In this document: piece by piece, positions 19,738 to 30,541 of the stretch
Numbering within the stretch: the stretch's first letter is position 1
Layout of the letters: every line of letters begins with the position of its first letter
NCBI GenBank assembly: GCA_049966015.1
Contig: JBMFVL010000003.1
Coordinates: forward strand, 1 to 52,669
Direction: 5' to 3'
Source of the DNA: Thermoplasmata archaeon
GTDB taxonomy: Archaea > Thermoplasmatota > Thermoplasmata > Lutacidiplasmatales > JAMCUS01
DNA length: 52,669 bases
Position numbers and translations under genes: made by a program
The notes under the pieces: model-generated
What the model was told of the DNA's origin: nothing
The model's database searches: none
What the model saw: the letters and a program-made list of their open reading frames with translations, nothing else

Positions 19738-21600
19738 TTATTGTTTCTTGTTTTTGTCATCCTTGACTTCATAGTTGGCGTCTACAAATCCACCTTGTTC
19801 ACCATTACTCTGGTTTTCTTTATTTTGAGTACCTGCCTGTTGCTCGTTGGGTTTTGTTTCCTGGTATATCCTGTTGGTTACTGAATATAAAGCATCTGTC
19901 AATGCTTCTTTAGATTTTTTTATTCTGGAAATATCTCCACTGTTCAGGCTTTCTCTCGCCTCTTTAAGAGCTGCATCGATCTTATCTTTTTCTTCAGGTT
20001 TTATTTTGTCACCAAATTCTTTTATTGCTTTTTCTGTACTATAGATGAAGCTTTCCAGATCATTTTTGGCAGTGATCTCTTCCATTCTTTTTTTGTCTTC
20101 ATTTTCGAACCTTTTGGCTTCGTTTACCATTCTGTCAATCTCTTCTTTGGACAATTTTGTAGAAGCCGTTATGGTTATAGCCTGTTTTATCCCAGTTGCC
20201 ATGTCCTTTGCCGTTACATTCAGTATACCGTTTTGATCAATATCGAACGAAACTTCTATTTTAGGAACACCTCTAGGCGCTGGAGGTATACCAGTAAGCT
20301 GGAATTTACCTAATGAAACGTTATCTTTTGCAAATTGCCTCTCACCTTGTAATACATGAATTTCAACTGTGGTTTGGTTATCTGCAGCAGTGGTAAATAC
20401 CTCACTTTTTCTGGTTGGAATTGTTGTGTTTCTTTCTATAAGCTTGGTCATTACACCACCAAGGGTTTCAACACCGAGAGATAGGGGAGTGACATCTAAT
20501 AGCAATATATCTTTAACTTCACCGCTTAATACTGCACCCTGTATTGAAGCACCTATTGCAACACATTCCATAGGATCTACACCGTGCTCAATCTTCACAT
20601 TTACAAGGTCTTCTACAAATTTTTGTATGATTGGCATCCTAGTTGGTCCGCCTACCATTATTATTTTGGTTATATCTTCCTTTTTTAACTTTGCATCTTG
20701 TAAGGCTTGGAGCACTGGTTGTCTGCATCTTTCTACTATGGGGCGTATAAGTTCTTCAAGCTTTGCTCTTGTTAGGGTCATGGATAGATGCTTTGGACCT
20801 TCCTGGGTTAATGTTAGATAAGGCAGGTTAATATCTGTTTGCAATGTAGTTGATAACTCGATTTTAGCTTTTTCAGCAGCCTCTCTTACCCTTTGGTATG
20901 CCATCTTATCCTTACTTATATCTACCCCTGACTCTTTTTTAAATTCTTCTATGATGTAATTTACTATTTTTTCATCCATGTCAGTGCCGCCAAGTTGTGT
21001 ATCTCCACTGGTTGCCTTAACTTCAAATACCCCTTCCGCAAACTCCATTATTGTTACATCTAAGGTACCTCCACCTAAATCGAAAACCATTATCTTTTCT
21101 TCTTTGTTAGTCTTATCAATACCATATGCAAGGCATGCAGCAGTTGGTTCGTTTATGATTCTCACTACTTCTAATCCTGCTATTGTACCGGCGTCTTTAG
21201 TGGCTTGCCTCTGATTATCATTAAAATATGCAGGAACAGTTATAACTGCCTTATCAACTTTCTGACCCAAGAATGCTTCAGCGTCTTTCTTTATTTTTTG
21301 TAATATAAAAGCAGATATTTGTTGCGGAGTGTATTCCTTCCCCATGATATTATATTTGTAATCTGTACCCATTTTCCTTTTAGCTGCATAAACTGTACCC
21401 TCAGGGTTAGTTACAACTTGTCTTCTAGCAGGTTCACCTACTAATAATTGCCCGTCCTTTGTAAATGCTACATAAGAAGGAAAGGCTTTCCCACCCAATG
21501 TGTTTCCTTCTGCACTTGGAATAATGACAGGCTTTCCACCTTCCATTACAGCTGCAGCTGAATTGCTTGTACCTAAATCGATACCTATTATTTTACTCAT
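19738..21600 (-). CDS. dnaK: Chaperone DnaK (Hsp70)
   Basis: [23 protein letters not shown] and [11 protein letters not shown] motifs. Confidence 0.98.
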   Translation of the reverse strand: MSKIIGIDLGTSNSAAAVMEGGKPVIIPSAEGNTLGGKAFPSYVAFTKDGQLLVGEPARRQVVTNPEGTVYAAKRKMGTDYKYNIMGKEYTPQQISAFILQKIKKDAEAFLGQKVDKAVITVPAYFNDNQRQATKDAGTIAGLEVVRIINEPTAACLAYGIDKTNKEEKIMVFDLGGGTLDVTIMEFAEGVFEVKATSGDTQLGGTDMDEKIVNYIIEEFKKESGVDISKDKMAYQRVREAAEKAKIELSTTLQTDINLPYLTLTQEGPKHLSMTLTRAKLEELIRPIVERCRQPVLQALQDAKLKKEDITKIIMVGGPTRMPIIQKFVEDLVNVKIEHGVDPMECVAIGASIQGAVLSGEVKDILLLDVTPLSLGVETLGGVMTKLIERNTTIPTRKSEVFTTAADNQTTVEIHVLQGERQFAKDNVSLGKFQLTGIPPAPRGVPKIEVSFDIDQNGILNVTAKDMATGIKQAITITASTKLSKEEIDRMVNEAKRFENEDKKRMEEITAKNDLESFIYSTEKAIKEFGDKIKPEEKDKIDAALKEARESLNSGDISRIKKSKEALTDALYSVTNRIYQETKPNEQQAGTQNKENQSNGEQGGFVDANYEVKDDKNKKQ

Positions 21601-21604
21601 TTTT

Positions 21605-21649
21605 TCACCTCTTTTATTATTATTTTATTCTACTATAAATAGTTTTCGC
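21605..21649 (-). promoter_or_regulatory. Putative BRE/TATA promoter and SD of dnaK
   Basis: Minus strand reads GCGAAAAC-TATTTATA (BRE plus TATA-like) about 35 nt upstream of the ATG, and GAGGTGA 4 nt before the ATG. Confidence 0.55.
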
Positions 21650-21784
21650 ATCTAAAGGTTTACAATATTAAGTTTATATTATTTTTTTTTATGTAGAGAA
21701 GTATTGCGTTTTGAACTTTAAACTTTTTCCATTTTTGAAATATCTTGATAGGTAAATAATGAGGATTATAGAGATGGATTTGTG

Positions 21785-21822
21785 GGAAGAAGCAAAACCA
21801 GGACTTTCATAGGGTAGCTGAC
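21785..21822 (+). mobile_element. Degenerate IS200/IS605 right-end remnant
   Basis: GGAAGAAGCAAAACCAGGACTTTCATAGGGTAGCTGAC ends in GGGTAGYTGAC, like positions 67-77. Confidence 0.4.
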
Positions 21823-21903
21823 GATTAAGAGAATTAACTGGAAAACTTAACGGTTAATTTTGTTTGTTTATTATTTAAATACTAGAAATTGAATATAGCT
21901 AAC

Positions 21904-23190
21904 ATGAAAGAATTAGCAGAGATATTAGCAGATTTTGTTGAAAAAGCGGATTATGAAGATTTATCGAAGGAAGTAATAGAAGAAGCTAAGAGAAGGATTA
22001 TAGATTCTTTAGGTGTAGCTACATACGCACTTCAATCCCCACCTGCACTTGTCAATAAAAAATTAGTTCAGTACTATCCTGGAAAAAGCAAATTGATTGG
22101 GGGAGGCACAGCTTCACCAGACTTTGCATCGTTTTATAATGGCCTGTTGATAAGATATTTGGATTTTAATGATACCTATTTGTCCAAGGAACCTTTGCAC
22201 CCCAGTGATATGATAGCTTCCTTGCTTTCTGTAGGTTCTATGTTTGATGTTAGCGGAAAAGATTTGATATTGTCCATAGCAGTAGGTTATGAGGTAGGTA
22301 TAAGGCTTTGTGACAGTACCTCTTTGAGAAAAAAAGGATATGATCATGTAAATTTTCTTGAAGTTGCCATTGCCTGTGCATTATCTAAAATGCTACATTT
22401 AAACAGGGAACAGATCATTAATGCAATTTCAATATCCCTTGTACCGCATATAGCACTTAGGGAAACAAGGTCAGGGGATTTATCGATGTGGAAAGCAGGT
22501 GCAGCAGCAAATTCTAATAGGAACGCTACTTTTGCTGTTTTAGCTGCCTTGAATGGATTTACAGGACCACCTAAACCTTTCAGTGGCGCCATGGGATTTA
22601 TAAATCAAATTGCAAAGGATTTGGATGTAAAATTATTCGAGAAAATGGATCGTATTGATTCGATATTGAAAACTTATGTAAAAGAATTTCCAGTTGAATA
22701 CCATGCAGAAGCTGCTATAGAAGCTGCACTTAAAATAAAAGCTACTAACATAAAAAAGGTAACGATAGAAACATACGAAGCCGCAAAAACAATATTAGCA
22801 GATAAAGAGAAATGGAGACCTAAGAACAGGGAAACTGCAGACCATAGTCTGCCATATGTTGTTGCCATAACGTTGCTTAAAAATGATTTTTGGCTTTATT
22901 CATATGATTATGTTAATTCACCGGAGGTTATCGATTTAATGGATAGATCCGTTGTAGTGGAAATACCGGATTATACTTCATTATATCCCTCACAATTGCC
23001 AACCAAAATTATTGTTGAACTTTCAGATGGCAAAAAAATTGAAGAGGAAGTCATGGTACCTTTAGGCCATGTTAATAGGAAGATGAACAACCAGCAGATA
23101 GAAGAAAAATATATAAAACTCGGGGGTAATAAAGCCATATTAGATTCAGTATGGGATTTGGAAAATAAGAAGGTGAAGGATATTGTATAA
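21904..23190 (+). CDS. prpD: 2-methylcitrate dehydratase (MmgE/PrpD)
   Basis: IRYLDFNDT, HPSD, LSMWK and RETADHSLPY motifs. The ATG at 21904 is preferred over the TTG at 21889. Confidence 0.93.
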   Translation: MKELAEILADFVEKADYEDLSKEVIEEAKRRIIDSLGVATYALQSPPALVNKKLVQYYPGKSKLIGGGTASPDFASFYNGLLIRYLDFNDTYLSKEPLHPSDMIASLLSVGSMFDVSGKDLILSIAVGYEVGIRLCDSTSLRKKGYDHVNFLEVAIACALSKMLHLNREQIINAISISLVPHIALRETRSGDLSMWKAGAAANSNRNATFAVLAALNGFTGPPKPFSGAMGFINQIAKDLDVKLFEKMDRIDSILKTYVKEFPVEYHAEAAIEAALKIKATNIKKVTIETYEAAKTILADKEKWRPKNRETADHSLPYVVAITLLKNDFWLYSYDYVNSPEVIDLMDRSVVVEIPDYTSLYPSQLPTKIIVELSDGKKIEEEVMVPLGHVNRKMNNQQIEEKYIKLGGNKAILDSVWDLENKKVKDIV

Positions 23191-24034
23191 TATTATGAGT
23201 GAAGATTTCCTTGTGATTCCTGGTGTTTTCAATCCTTTTTCTGCTTTACTTGCTTCTAAAGCAGGATTTAAATGTGTGTACCTATCAGGGGCAGCCTTGA
23301 CCTCATCTTACGGGTTACCTGATATCGGCATCATTACAATGGATGATGTGGCTGCTATGGTATCCAAGATAAGAGAAGTTTCAGATATTCCTATCATAGT
23401 AGATGCAGATACAGGGTTTGGGGAATCTATCAATGTATACAGGACAGTGAGAATCCTTGAAAAGGCCGGTGCAACTGCCATACAAATTGAAGATCAGCGG
23501 ATGCCCAAAAAATGCGGTCATTTAAATGGTAAGGAAGTTGTACCAATCCAAGAGATGATATCCAAAATAAAGGCTGCACAAAAAGCTAAAAAGGATATCC
23601 TGATAATAGGTAGAACAGATGCTAGAGCAGTAGAAGGTATAGAAAGTGCAGTCGAGAGGGCTAATATATACCATGAGGAAGGTGCAGATATCATTTTTCC
23701 AGAAGCACTTGAATCGAGGGAAGAATTTAAATATGCTGCTAAAAATATTAAAGCGCCTTTACTAGCTAACATGACTGAATTTGGAAAATCACCTTATATA
23801 ACCTCATCTGAATTTAAGGAGATGGGATATAAATATGTTATATTCCCGGTTACTTTGTTCAGGTATGCAGCCAAAGCAATGCAAAGGGCACTAGATATTA
23901 TAAAAAAAGAGGGAACACAAATAAATCTGCTTGATGATATGATGTCTAGAAAAGAGCAGTATGAGGTTATTAAATATGATTTCTATGATAATCTAGACAA
24001 AGAACTTTCTTTCATGGTAGAAAAGAAAAAATAG
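23183..24034 (+). CDS. prpB: 2-methylisocitrate lyase
   Basis: DADTGFG, IEDQ..PKKCGH and LANMTEFGKSP motifs. Confidence 0.95.
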   Translation: MYNIMSEDFLVIPGVFNPFSALLASKAGFKCVYLSGAALTSSYGLPDIGIITMDDVAAMVSKIREVSDIPIIVDADTGFGESINVYRTVRILEKAGATAIQIEDQRMPKKCGHLNGKEVVPIQEMISKIKAAQKAKKDILIIGRTDARAVEGIESAVERANIYHEEGADIIFPEALESREEFKYAAKNIKAPLLANMTEFGKSPYITSSEFKEMGYKYVIFPVTLFRYAAKAMQRALDIIKKEGTQINLLDDMMSRKEQYEVIKYDFYDNLDKELSFMVEKKK

Positions 24035-24210
24035 CGTTTGTGTTTCTGCTTTTTACATACATATTATAATTTTTAAAAAATAATTTTATATATAATACTT
24101 GATTTAACATTGATAAGCGTGATAAATTTAAAAAACATATTAAATATATACATAAATTTAATATAGTTACAAAGTAAATACCTATGTAACAAAAATATAT
24201 ATGGGGTGTT

Positions 24211-25362
24211 ATGATGGAAGAAGCAGCTGCTGTTAGTAAAGGTTTAGAGGATGTATATATAAAAACAACTAAGTTGACAACTATAGACGGAAACAAAGGA
24301 ATTCTCAGGTACAGGGGTTATGATATAAATGACATATCCGAACATGGCACATTTGAAGAAGTAATACATTTAATGGTGTACGGTGAATTGCCAAACAAGG
24401 AGCAGTTAAAAGCTCTCAGGGTTTCATTGAAAAGCCATTATGCACTTGACAAGGGGATAATGGAAGTGATTTCTAAATTGCCTAGGGATGGTGAACCTTT
24501 GGGAATGCTTGAAGTAGCTTTCTCTATGCTTGCAATGAAGGAGAAAAACTATAAATGGGAACCTAAGACAGACAGGGAGAAGGCAATAGACATTATAGCA
24601 AAAGCTGTTACTATTGTGGCAAATATATACAGGGTAAAGGAAGGGTTGCCTGTTAAGGAGCCTGTTATAAAGGAGAGTTATGCTGAAACCTTTATGTCTA
24701 CATGTTTTGACAAACCAGTAAGCAAGGAAGTCATAAGCTCAATGGATAAAGCCTTGATTTTATATACAGACCATGAAGTTCCTGCTTCTACCACTGCTTC
24801 TCTGGTGGTGGCATCTACATTATCTGATATGGCATCTTCAGTAGTTGCCGGAATCGCTGCTTTGAAAGGACCATTACACGGTGGTGCCGCAGAAACAGCC
24901 TTCAAGCAATTTGAAGATATAGGGGATGTTGATAAGGTTGAGCCATGGTTTAAGGAAAATATAATTAATAACAAAGCAAAGCTCATGGGATTTGGGCATA
25001 GGGTATATAAGACTATGGATCCACGCGCTAAAATTTTCAAAAGATACTCTGAAATGTTTGCTAAAGATAACCCCAAGGTGGATAAATATTTCCAGATAGC
25101 CAAGAAATTGGAAGAATTGGGTGTAAAGGAGTTTGGTAATAAAGGGATATACCCCAACACGGACTTTTATTCTGGTATAGTATACTATGCCATGGGATTC
25201 CCGACGTATATGCCCACCCCCTTATTTGCTCTTTCACGTACAACCGGATGGCTTTCTCATATAATGGAATATGTAGAGGAACAGCAGAGGATAATAAGGC
25301 CTAGAGCAATCTATGTGGGCATTCAAGAAAGGAAATATGTTCCCATAGACCAAAGGCATTAA
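24211..25362 (+). CDS. Citrate / 2-methylcitrate synthase
   Basis: SKGLEDV, DHEVPAST, GPLHGGA, MGFGHRVYK and YPNTDFYSG motifs; follows prpDB. Confidence 0.95.
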   Translation: MMEEAAAVSKGLEDVYIKTTKLTTIDGNKGILRYRGYDINDISEHGTFEEVIHLMVYGELPNKEQLKALRVSLKSHYALDKGIMEVISKLPRDGEPLGMLEVAFSMLAMKEKNYKWEPKTDREKAIDIIAKAVTIVANIYRVKEGLPVKEPVIKESYAETFMSTCFDKPVSKEVISSMDKALILYTDHEVPASTTASLVVASTLSDMASSVVAGIAALKGPLHGGAAETAFKQFEDIGDVDKVEPWFKENIINNKAKLMGFGHRVYKTMDPRAKIFKRYSEMFAKDNPKVDKYFQIAKKLEELGVKEFGNKGIYPNTDFYSGIVYYAMGFPTYMPTPLFALSRTTGWLSHIMEYVEEQQRIIRPRAIYVGIQERKYVPIDQRH

Positions 25363-25384
25363 ATACTCAACCTTTTTTATTATT

Positions 25385-25849
25385 TTGGTTGTCATGGTAA
25401 GCCTATCTTCTGTTTTAAAATTTGAAGGAAGCATAGTAACAAAGCCATTAAGGGAACAGCATAAGGTAACAGTTAAAATTGTTGAAGATTATTTAGATGA
25501 GAATAAATTTGATGGGTTTGTGTCACATTTTGCTTTCCTTCTAGATACACACTTCAGGATAGAGGAAGAGATTTTATTCCCCACTTTTATTCCTATTTTG
25601 AAACAATATCTGCCTAACACAGAACCCATCAGGCTTTTGTTGGGGGATCATAGAGCAATAAAGCATATGATTGCGTATATCTCAGAAAAGCAGAATGTTG
25701 AAGCTAATTCCAAAGAACTTTCAATGTTGCTGTTAAATCATATTTTTAGAGAAGAAAATGGAATTTTCAATTTGATAGATACGTATATGCCCGAAGATAT
25801 CAAGAAACAGACACATGAAAAAATTTATGCGTTTATGACTAAAAATTGA
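25385..25849 (+). CDS. Hemerythrin-like (HHE) domain protein
   Basis: EQH, HFRIEEEILFP, DH and HIFREENGIF metal-ligand pattern. Start may be the ATG at 25394. Confidence 0.85.
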   Translation: MVVMVSLSSVLKFEGSIVTKPLREQHKVTVKIVEDYLDENKFDGFVSHFAFLLDTHFRIEEEILFPTFIPILKQYLPNTEPIRLLLGDHRAIKHMIAYISEKQNVEANSKELSMLLLNHIFREENGIFNLIDTYMPEDIKKQTHEKIYAFMTKN

Positions 25850-25951
25850 GATGTAATAAAGATAATAAATATTTTTTAATTTGTTTACATCGATTAATAT
25901 TTTAAAATAAAATTATAAAAATTCAATAATTTAAAAGGTTTGTGTTTTGAT

Positions 25952-28441
25952 TCACCATCCAAGGTTCATTTTTCTTGCCATGTAGTATTTTATGTAATCG
26001 TTTATTATCAAAGAAAACAAAAAGGATATCCCGAGTATTGCTAGTGTATCCATTATGGGTATAGGTGCCAATTCGAAGAACCCAACGGTGCTTAAAGCTA
26101 TTACCAGTAAAATATCTGCAATTATTGCAATCAATAAAGTAGAGCTTGGCATAGACTTCCAGAAATGACCCCTTTCTCTTACTACGAATATGGTAAATAA
26201 ACCTGCGAAGAATATTATTTCAAAGCTATACGTCTGGAGCATATCTAAGTTTGTTATGCCTAGCTGGTACATTCCTATGTACAGGAATAGCATGGATTCT
26301 ACAACCACAACTATACCCATCAAAACAGATATTTTGGTTAATTTATAAATCTCCCATTTGTCAGGTTTTTTTGACCATCTTACATTGTCTGTTGATAAGG
26401 ATATGGTTACGAAATCTACCAAAAACAGCAGAAGAACTACATCGAATGCAGATACAATAAATTTCCCTAACAATAAAAATGCAATCGAAACAAACAGGAC
26501 AATCTGGAAGGTTTTTATTATTTTATTGAGGATCCATGTAACGATTCTTTGATAAATCCTTCTTCCTGTTTTTACAAAATCTACAATTTTGGCCAGTCCT
26601 TCTGTAGTCAAAACAACACTTGCAGCACCTTTAGCGACATCCGTTGCATTATGCACAGCAATTCCTACTTCGGCCTGTTTAAGTGCAGGTGCATCGTTAA
26701 CACCGTCCCCAGTCATTCCAACCATATGCCCATTTTTTTGCAATGTCTTTACCAGGAAATATTTATCTTCTGGATAAATTTCAGCAAATATTTCAGACTC
26801 ATTTACTTTTTTAATAGCCTCTTCGTCCATATTTTTTAATTGATCTTTAATCTGGGAAACTTTTACTACTTTATTTCCTATACCGACTTCAGAAGCAATT
26901 TCTTTTGCTACAGGTTCTGCATCACCTGTTAACATTTTTACAGAGACACCGAGTTCATTAAGCTCTTTAACCATTTGTGCAGAATCTTTTCTAGGGGCAT
27001 CGTATAAAGAGACCAGCCCAATCATTTTTTCTTTACCTTCGTATTCTTTGGAAACAGCCAGTGTCCTAAAGCCTTTAGTTGCGAATTCATCTACAATTTT
27101 ATATATTTTTGATTTTAAATCTTCATCCACATTAGTCCTTTTTATAAGTTCATTTACAGCCCCCTTGGATACCTTAAACGTGGTATTATTGTGTTCTATT
27201 ATTGCCTCTGTTGAACGTTTGGAGGGAGAAAAAGGGATATACTGCTTCTGTTTATATGATTCAATATCCAGTTTCAGCTCTTTGGCATGGTTTATAAAAG
27301 CCAGATCTATTGCATCCAGGGTTGATTCTTTCGAAGCTAATGCACCGTAAATAGCAATGTTTTCTATACTTTCATCACTTATTGATACAACATCTTTTAC
27401 CTGCAGTTTGTTGGTTGTGATTGTACCAGTTTTATCTGTGCACAACGTGTCCATTGAAGCTGCATCTTCAGAGGAACTTAGCCTTGTTATCAGAATACCT
27501 TTTTTAGCAAGCTCTAATGAACCTAATGCCATTGTTACTGTAAACATAGCAGGTAAAGCAACGGGTATGGCAGATACTAAAAGAATCAATAATAAAGGCA
27601 GTATGGAGATAAGATTAACACCTCTCAAATATGATACTATTATTGTTATTGATAAAGTAATTGACACGATTACCAGCAACCATTTAACTACAGAAGAAAT
27701 TACATTTTCCATATGCAATTTTGGAGCGGCAGTTTGTACAAGTTCAGTGGTTTTTCCGAAATATGTATCAACACCAGTAAATATTACTATTCCTGTGGAT
27801 TCACCGTGCTTTATTATTGATCCAGAATAAAGAATGTTATCTACTTCCTTAAATACCGTCTGGGATTCACCGGTCAATGCAGACTGGTCTACTTCTACCT
27901 TGCCTTCGAATATTTTAACATCTGCTGGTACAAAGTCACCTTCTCTTACGCTTATTATATCACCAGGAACAAGTTCTTTGGCTTCTATATGTGCCCATTT
28001 GCCGTTTCTTAAAACACGTGTAAATACCTGGAGCTGTTTTTTGAGCAGCTCTAAAGCGTTTTGGGCTTTCTGTTCCTGTACAAAACTTATAACAGCATTT
28101 AATAAAAGCAATGAAAAAATGATATACATATCAATATATTTTTGCAAAAAATAAGATACAATTATTGTAAGCTCCAGTAACCATGCAGTAGTTCCCCAGA
28201 ATTTTTTCAAAAATTTTAAAACTGGATTGACTTTTTTTTCTGGAACTTCGTTACGTCCATAAATCGATAATCTTTTTGAAACTTCCTCGTTATCTAAACC
28301 TTTTGAAATATTTGTGTTGAGTTCCTTGGCTACGTTTTCCCAGGGGTCTTTTTCATATGTTTTTAAAGATTTTTTACCATCGCTTTTTTGATTTTGAGAA
28401 AATGTTTGTTGTACCATTTGTGTAAGTAGTGTATTTATCAT
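25952..28441 (-). CDS. Plasma-membrane proton-efflux P-type ATPase (P3A)
   Basis: TGES, IPVALP, DKTGT, MTGDGVNDAPAL, and the conserved TM Asp in LVDFVTISLSTD. Confidence 0.93.
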   Translation of the reverse strand: MINTLLTQMVQQTFSQNQKSDGKKSLKTYEKDPWENVAKELNTNISKGLDNEEVSKRLSIYGRNEVPEKKVNPVLKFLKKFWGTTAWLLELTIIVSYFLQKYIDMYIIFSLLLLNAVISFVQEQKAQNALELLKKQLQVFTRVLRNGKWAHIEAKELVPGDIISVREGDFVPADVKIFEGKVEVDQSALTGESQTVFKEVDNILYSGSIIKHGESTGIVIFTGVDTYFGKTTELVQTAAPKLHMENVISSVVKWLLVIVSITLSITIIVSYLRGVNLISILPLLLILLVSAIPVALPAMFTVTMALGSLELAKKGILITRLSSSEDAASMDTLCTDKTGTITTNKLQVKDVVSISDESIENIAIYGALASKESTLDAIDLAFINHAKELKLDIESYKQKQYIPFSPSKRSTEAIIEHNNTTFKVSKGAVNELIKRTNVDEDLKSKIYKIVDEFATKGFRTLAVSKEYEGKEKMIGLVSLYDAPRKDSAQMVKELNELGVSVKMLTGDAEPVAKEIASEVGIGNKVVKVSQIKDQLKNMDEEAIKKVNESEIFAEIYPEDKYFLVKTLQKNGHMVGMTGDGVNDAPALKQAEVGIAVHNATDVAKGAASVVLTTEGLAKIVDFVKTGRRIYQRIVTWILNKIIKTFQIVLFVSIAFLLLGKFIVSAFDVVLLLFLVDFVTISLSTDNVRWSKKPDKWEIYKLTKISVLMGIVVVVESMLFLYIGMYQLGITNLDMLQTYSFEIIFFAGLFTIFVVRERGHFWKSMPSSTLLIAIIADILLVIALSTVGFFELAPIPIMDTLAILGISFLFSLIINDYIKYYMARKMNLGW

Positions 28442-28564
28442 AATTTAAATTTTCGTTGTTTTTTTCATTTTGCAGTATGTTTAGTATATCATACAATTTT
28501 TTTGATTGTGTACATCATTTCAAAGGACAAACATTTTAAATAGCCATTTCAAATAACATTTCGC

Positions 28565-30541
28565 ATGAAATATGACGAATTCTTGAAATGGTTATATACA
28601 AGTTCTCATAGAAAAATAAAGGTAGGGTTAGAAAGAATTACTCATTTATTAGATTTACTTGGTAATCCTCAAAAAGGATTCAAAACAATACATATAACAG
28701 GTTCGAAGGGAAAGGGGTCGGTAGCTTCTATAATATATACCATACTCTACACAAATGGATACAGGACAGGTTTGTATACCTCTCCTCATTTAGAAAGGTA
28801 TACAGAGAGATTCGTTATTAATGGCAAAGAGATTGATAAGAAGGTTTTATGCAATATAGGAGAAGAAATTATTGATATAATAGAATCCAATGATTGGGAT
28901 AAATATGGAGGTACACCGACTTTCTTTGAAATTACTACGGCCATTGCCTTTAAATACTTTTTTTTAGAAAAAGTGGATATAGGTGTTATAGAAGTAGGTA
29001 TAGGTGGTAGGTTAGATTCTACTAATGTGATTATTCCGCTTTCTTCCATAATAACCAATATAGATCTGGAGCATACAGAAATATTGGGGGATACCCTGTC
29101 GAAGATAGCTTTTGAAAAAGGAGGAATAATAAAAAATGGTGTGCCTGTATTTGTAGGGGAAATTAAAAAAGAACCGTTGAATGTTTTGGAAAATATTGCG
29201 AATGAAAAAAATGCACCTTTATATAGATTGGGAAGGGAGATCAAGATAGCCGATGTCAAAACCTCTTTGGAGGGTACATTTTTTAATCTCAAAACACCTT
29301 TCACAGAACAGTCAAATTTATTTGTTCCCTTGCTAGGGGATTTTCAGGCAAATAATGCTGGTATTGCCGTATCTGCTGTACGATATCTATCAAAAAGAGG
29401 ATTTTTTGATATATCTGAAAATAACATTATGGCTTCACTCCAGAAGGTTAAGTGGGCAGGGAGGTTTGAAATCATTAGAAAGGAACCTTATATCATAATT
29501 GATGGTGCCCATACTATCGAAAGCAGTAAGGTTCTTGCTAATAATATTAATCACCTGTTCAATAACTCTGAATTTACAATCATTTTTGGGATTATGAAGG
29601 ACAAAAAAGTTGATGAAATTATTTCCAACATATCTAAAATACCATCCAGGTTGATAATAACAAAAATAGACTATCACCGTTCAATGGATACAGAAAACGT
29701 TAAAAAAATAGCAATAAAATATTATGACCCCAGTAAATTAATCTTAGCTGAAAGTGTGGAAAAAAGTATAGAAACTGCACTAAAATACGGGGATCCAATA
29801 TTGATCACAGGTTCCATATATTTAATAGGAGAAGCACGTTCAATAATATTAAATTCAGAAACGGACCCTGTTAAAATGATAGAAGGTAATTATTCAATAA
29901 ATTGGGAGAATTTACTGGAAAAATTGTATAAATTTTATAATTATGAAGGATACCAGGAACCGTATTTGGTTACACATAATGAAGATCCTTTTAAAGTTTT
30001 GATTTGCACAATGGTTTCCCAGAGAACCAAAGATGAAACAACAGACCATGTATGTAAAAAGTTATTTGATAGATACAAAAATATAGATGAACTTTCTAAG
30101 GCAACAGTAAAGGACCTTGAACAGCTATTAAAACCGGCCGGCTTTTATAGACAGAAAGCCAAAAAAATAAAGGAAGTTGCTTTGATTATCAAGAACCGAT
30201 ATAACGGTATTGTTCCTAACTCTATGGAGGATTTATTACTTTTACCTGGTGTAGGTAGAAAAACGGCAGGTTGTGTGATAACATATGCCTATAACGGTGA
30301 TGAATTGCCAGTGGACATACACGTACACCGCATTTCAAACAGATTGGGTGTAGTATATTCTAAAACACCTGAAGAGACTGAACATCAATTAAAGAAGATC
30401 ATTCCAAAAAATTTATGGAAGTATATAAACCATATTTTTGTTAAACACGGACAGAATATATGCCGCCCTGTATCTCCTAAATGCGATTTATGTCCAATTT
30501 CAATGGATTGCCTGTATTTTTCTTCTTTAAACAGCAGATAG
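28565..30541 (+). CDS. FolC (folylpolyglutamate synthase / Mur-ligase family) fused to endonuclease III (Nth)
   Basis: Residues 1-430: ITGSKGKGS, YTSPHL, EVGIGGRLDSTN, DGAH, TGSIYL. Residues about 450-658: SQRTKD, GFYRQKA, LPGVGRKTA, VDIHV, CRPVSPKCDLCPISMDC. Confidence 0.92.
   Translation: MKYDEFLKWLYTSSHRKIKVGLERITHLLDLLGNPQKGFKTIHITGSKGKGSVASIIYTILYTNGYRTGLYTSPHLERYTERFVINGKEIDKKVLCNIGEEIIDIIESNDWDKYGGTPTFFEITTAIAFKYFFLEKVDIGVIEVGIGGRLDSTNVIIPLSSIITNIDLEHTEILGDTLSKIAFEKGGIIKNGVPVFVGEIKKEPLNVLENIANEKNAPLYRLGREIKIADVKTSLEGTFFNLKTPFTEQSNLFVPLLGDFQANNAGIAVSAVRYLSKRGFFDISENNIMASLQKVKWAGRFEIIRKEPYIIIDGAHTIESSKVLANNINHLFNNSEFTIIFGIMKDKKVDEIISNISKIPSRLIITKIDYHRSMDTENVKKIAIKYYDPSKLILAESVEKSIETALKYGDPILITGSIYLIGEARSIILNSETDPVKMIEGNYSINWENLLEKLYKFYNYEGYQEPYLVTHNEDPFKVLICTMVSQRTKDETTDHVCKKLFDRYKNIDELSKATVKDLEQLLKPAGFYRQKAKKIKEVALIIKNRYNGIVPNSMEDLLLLPGVGRKTAGCVITYAYNGDELPVDIHVHRISNRLGVVYSKTPEETEHQLKKIIPKNLWKYINHIFVKHGQNICRPVSPKCDLCPISMDCLYFSSLNSR

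Noticed and set aside
24035-24210. Extremely AT-rich spacer with GTTACA...TGTAAC inverted repeat (possible operator or origin)
   Set aside because: Short inverted repeats are expected by chance in such AT-rich DNA; no ORB motifs or cdc6 nearby.
19847-29304. Numerous 60-170 aa antisense ORFs over dnaK, citrate synthase, the P-type ATPase and folC
   Set aside because: They are shadow frames of well-supported genes and have no independent motifs.
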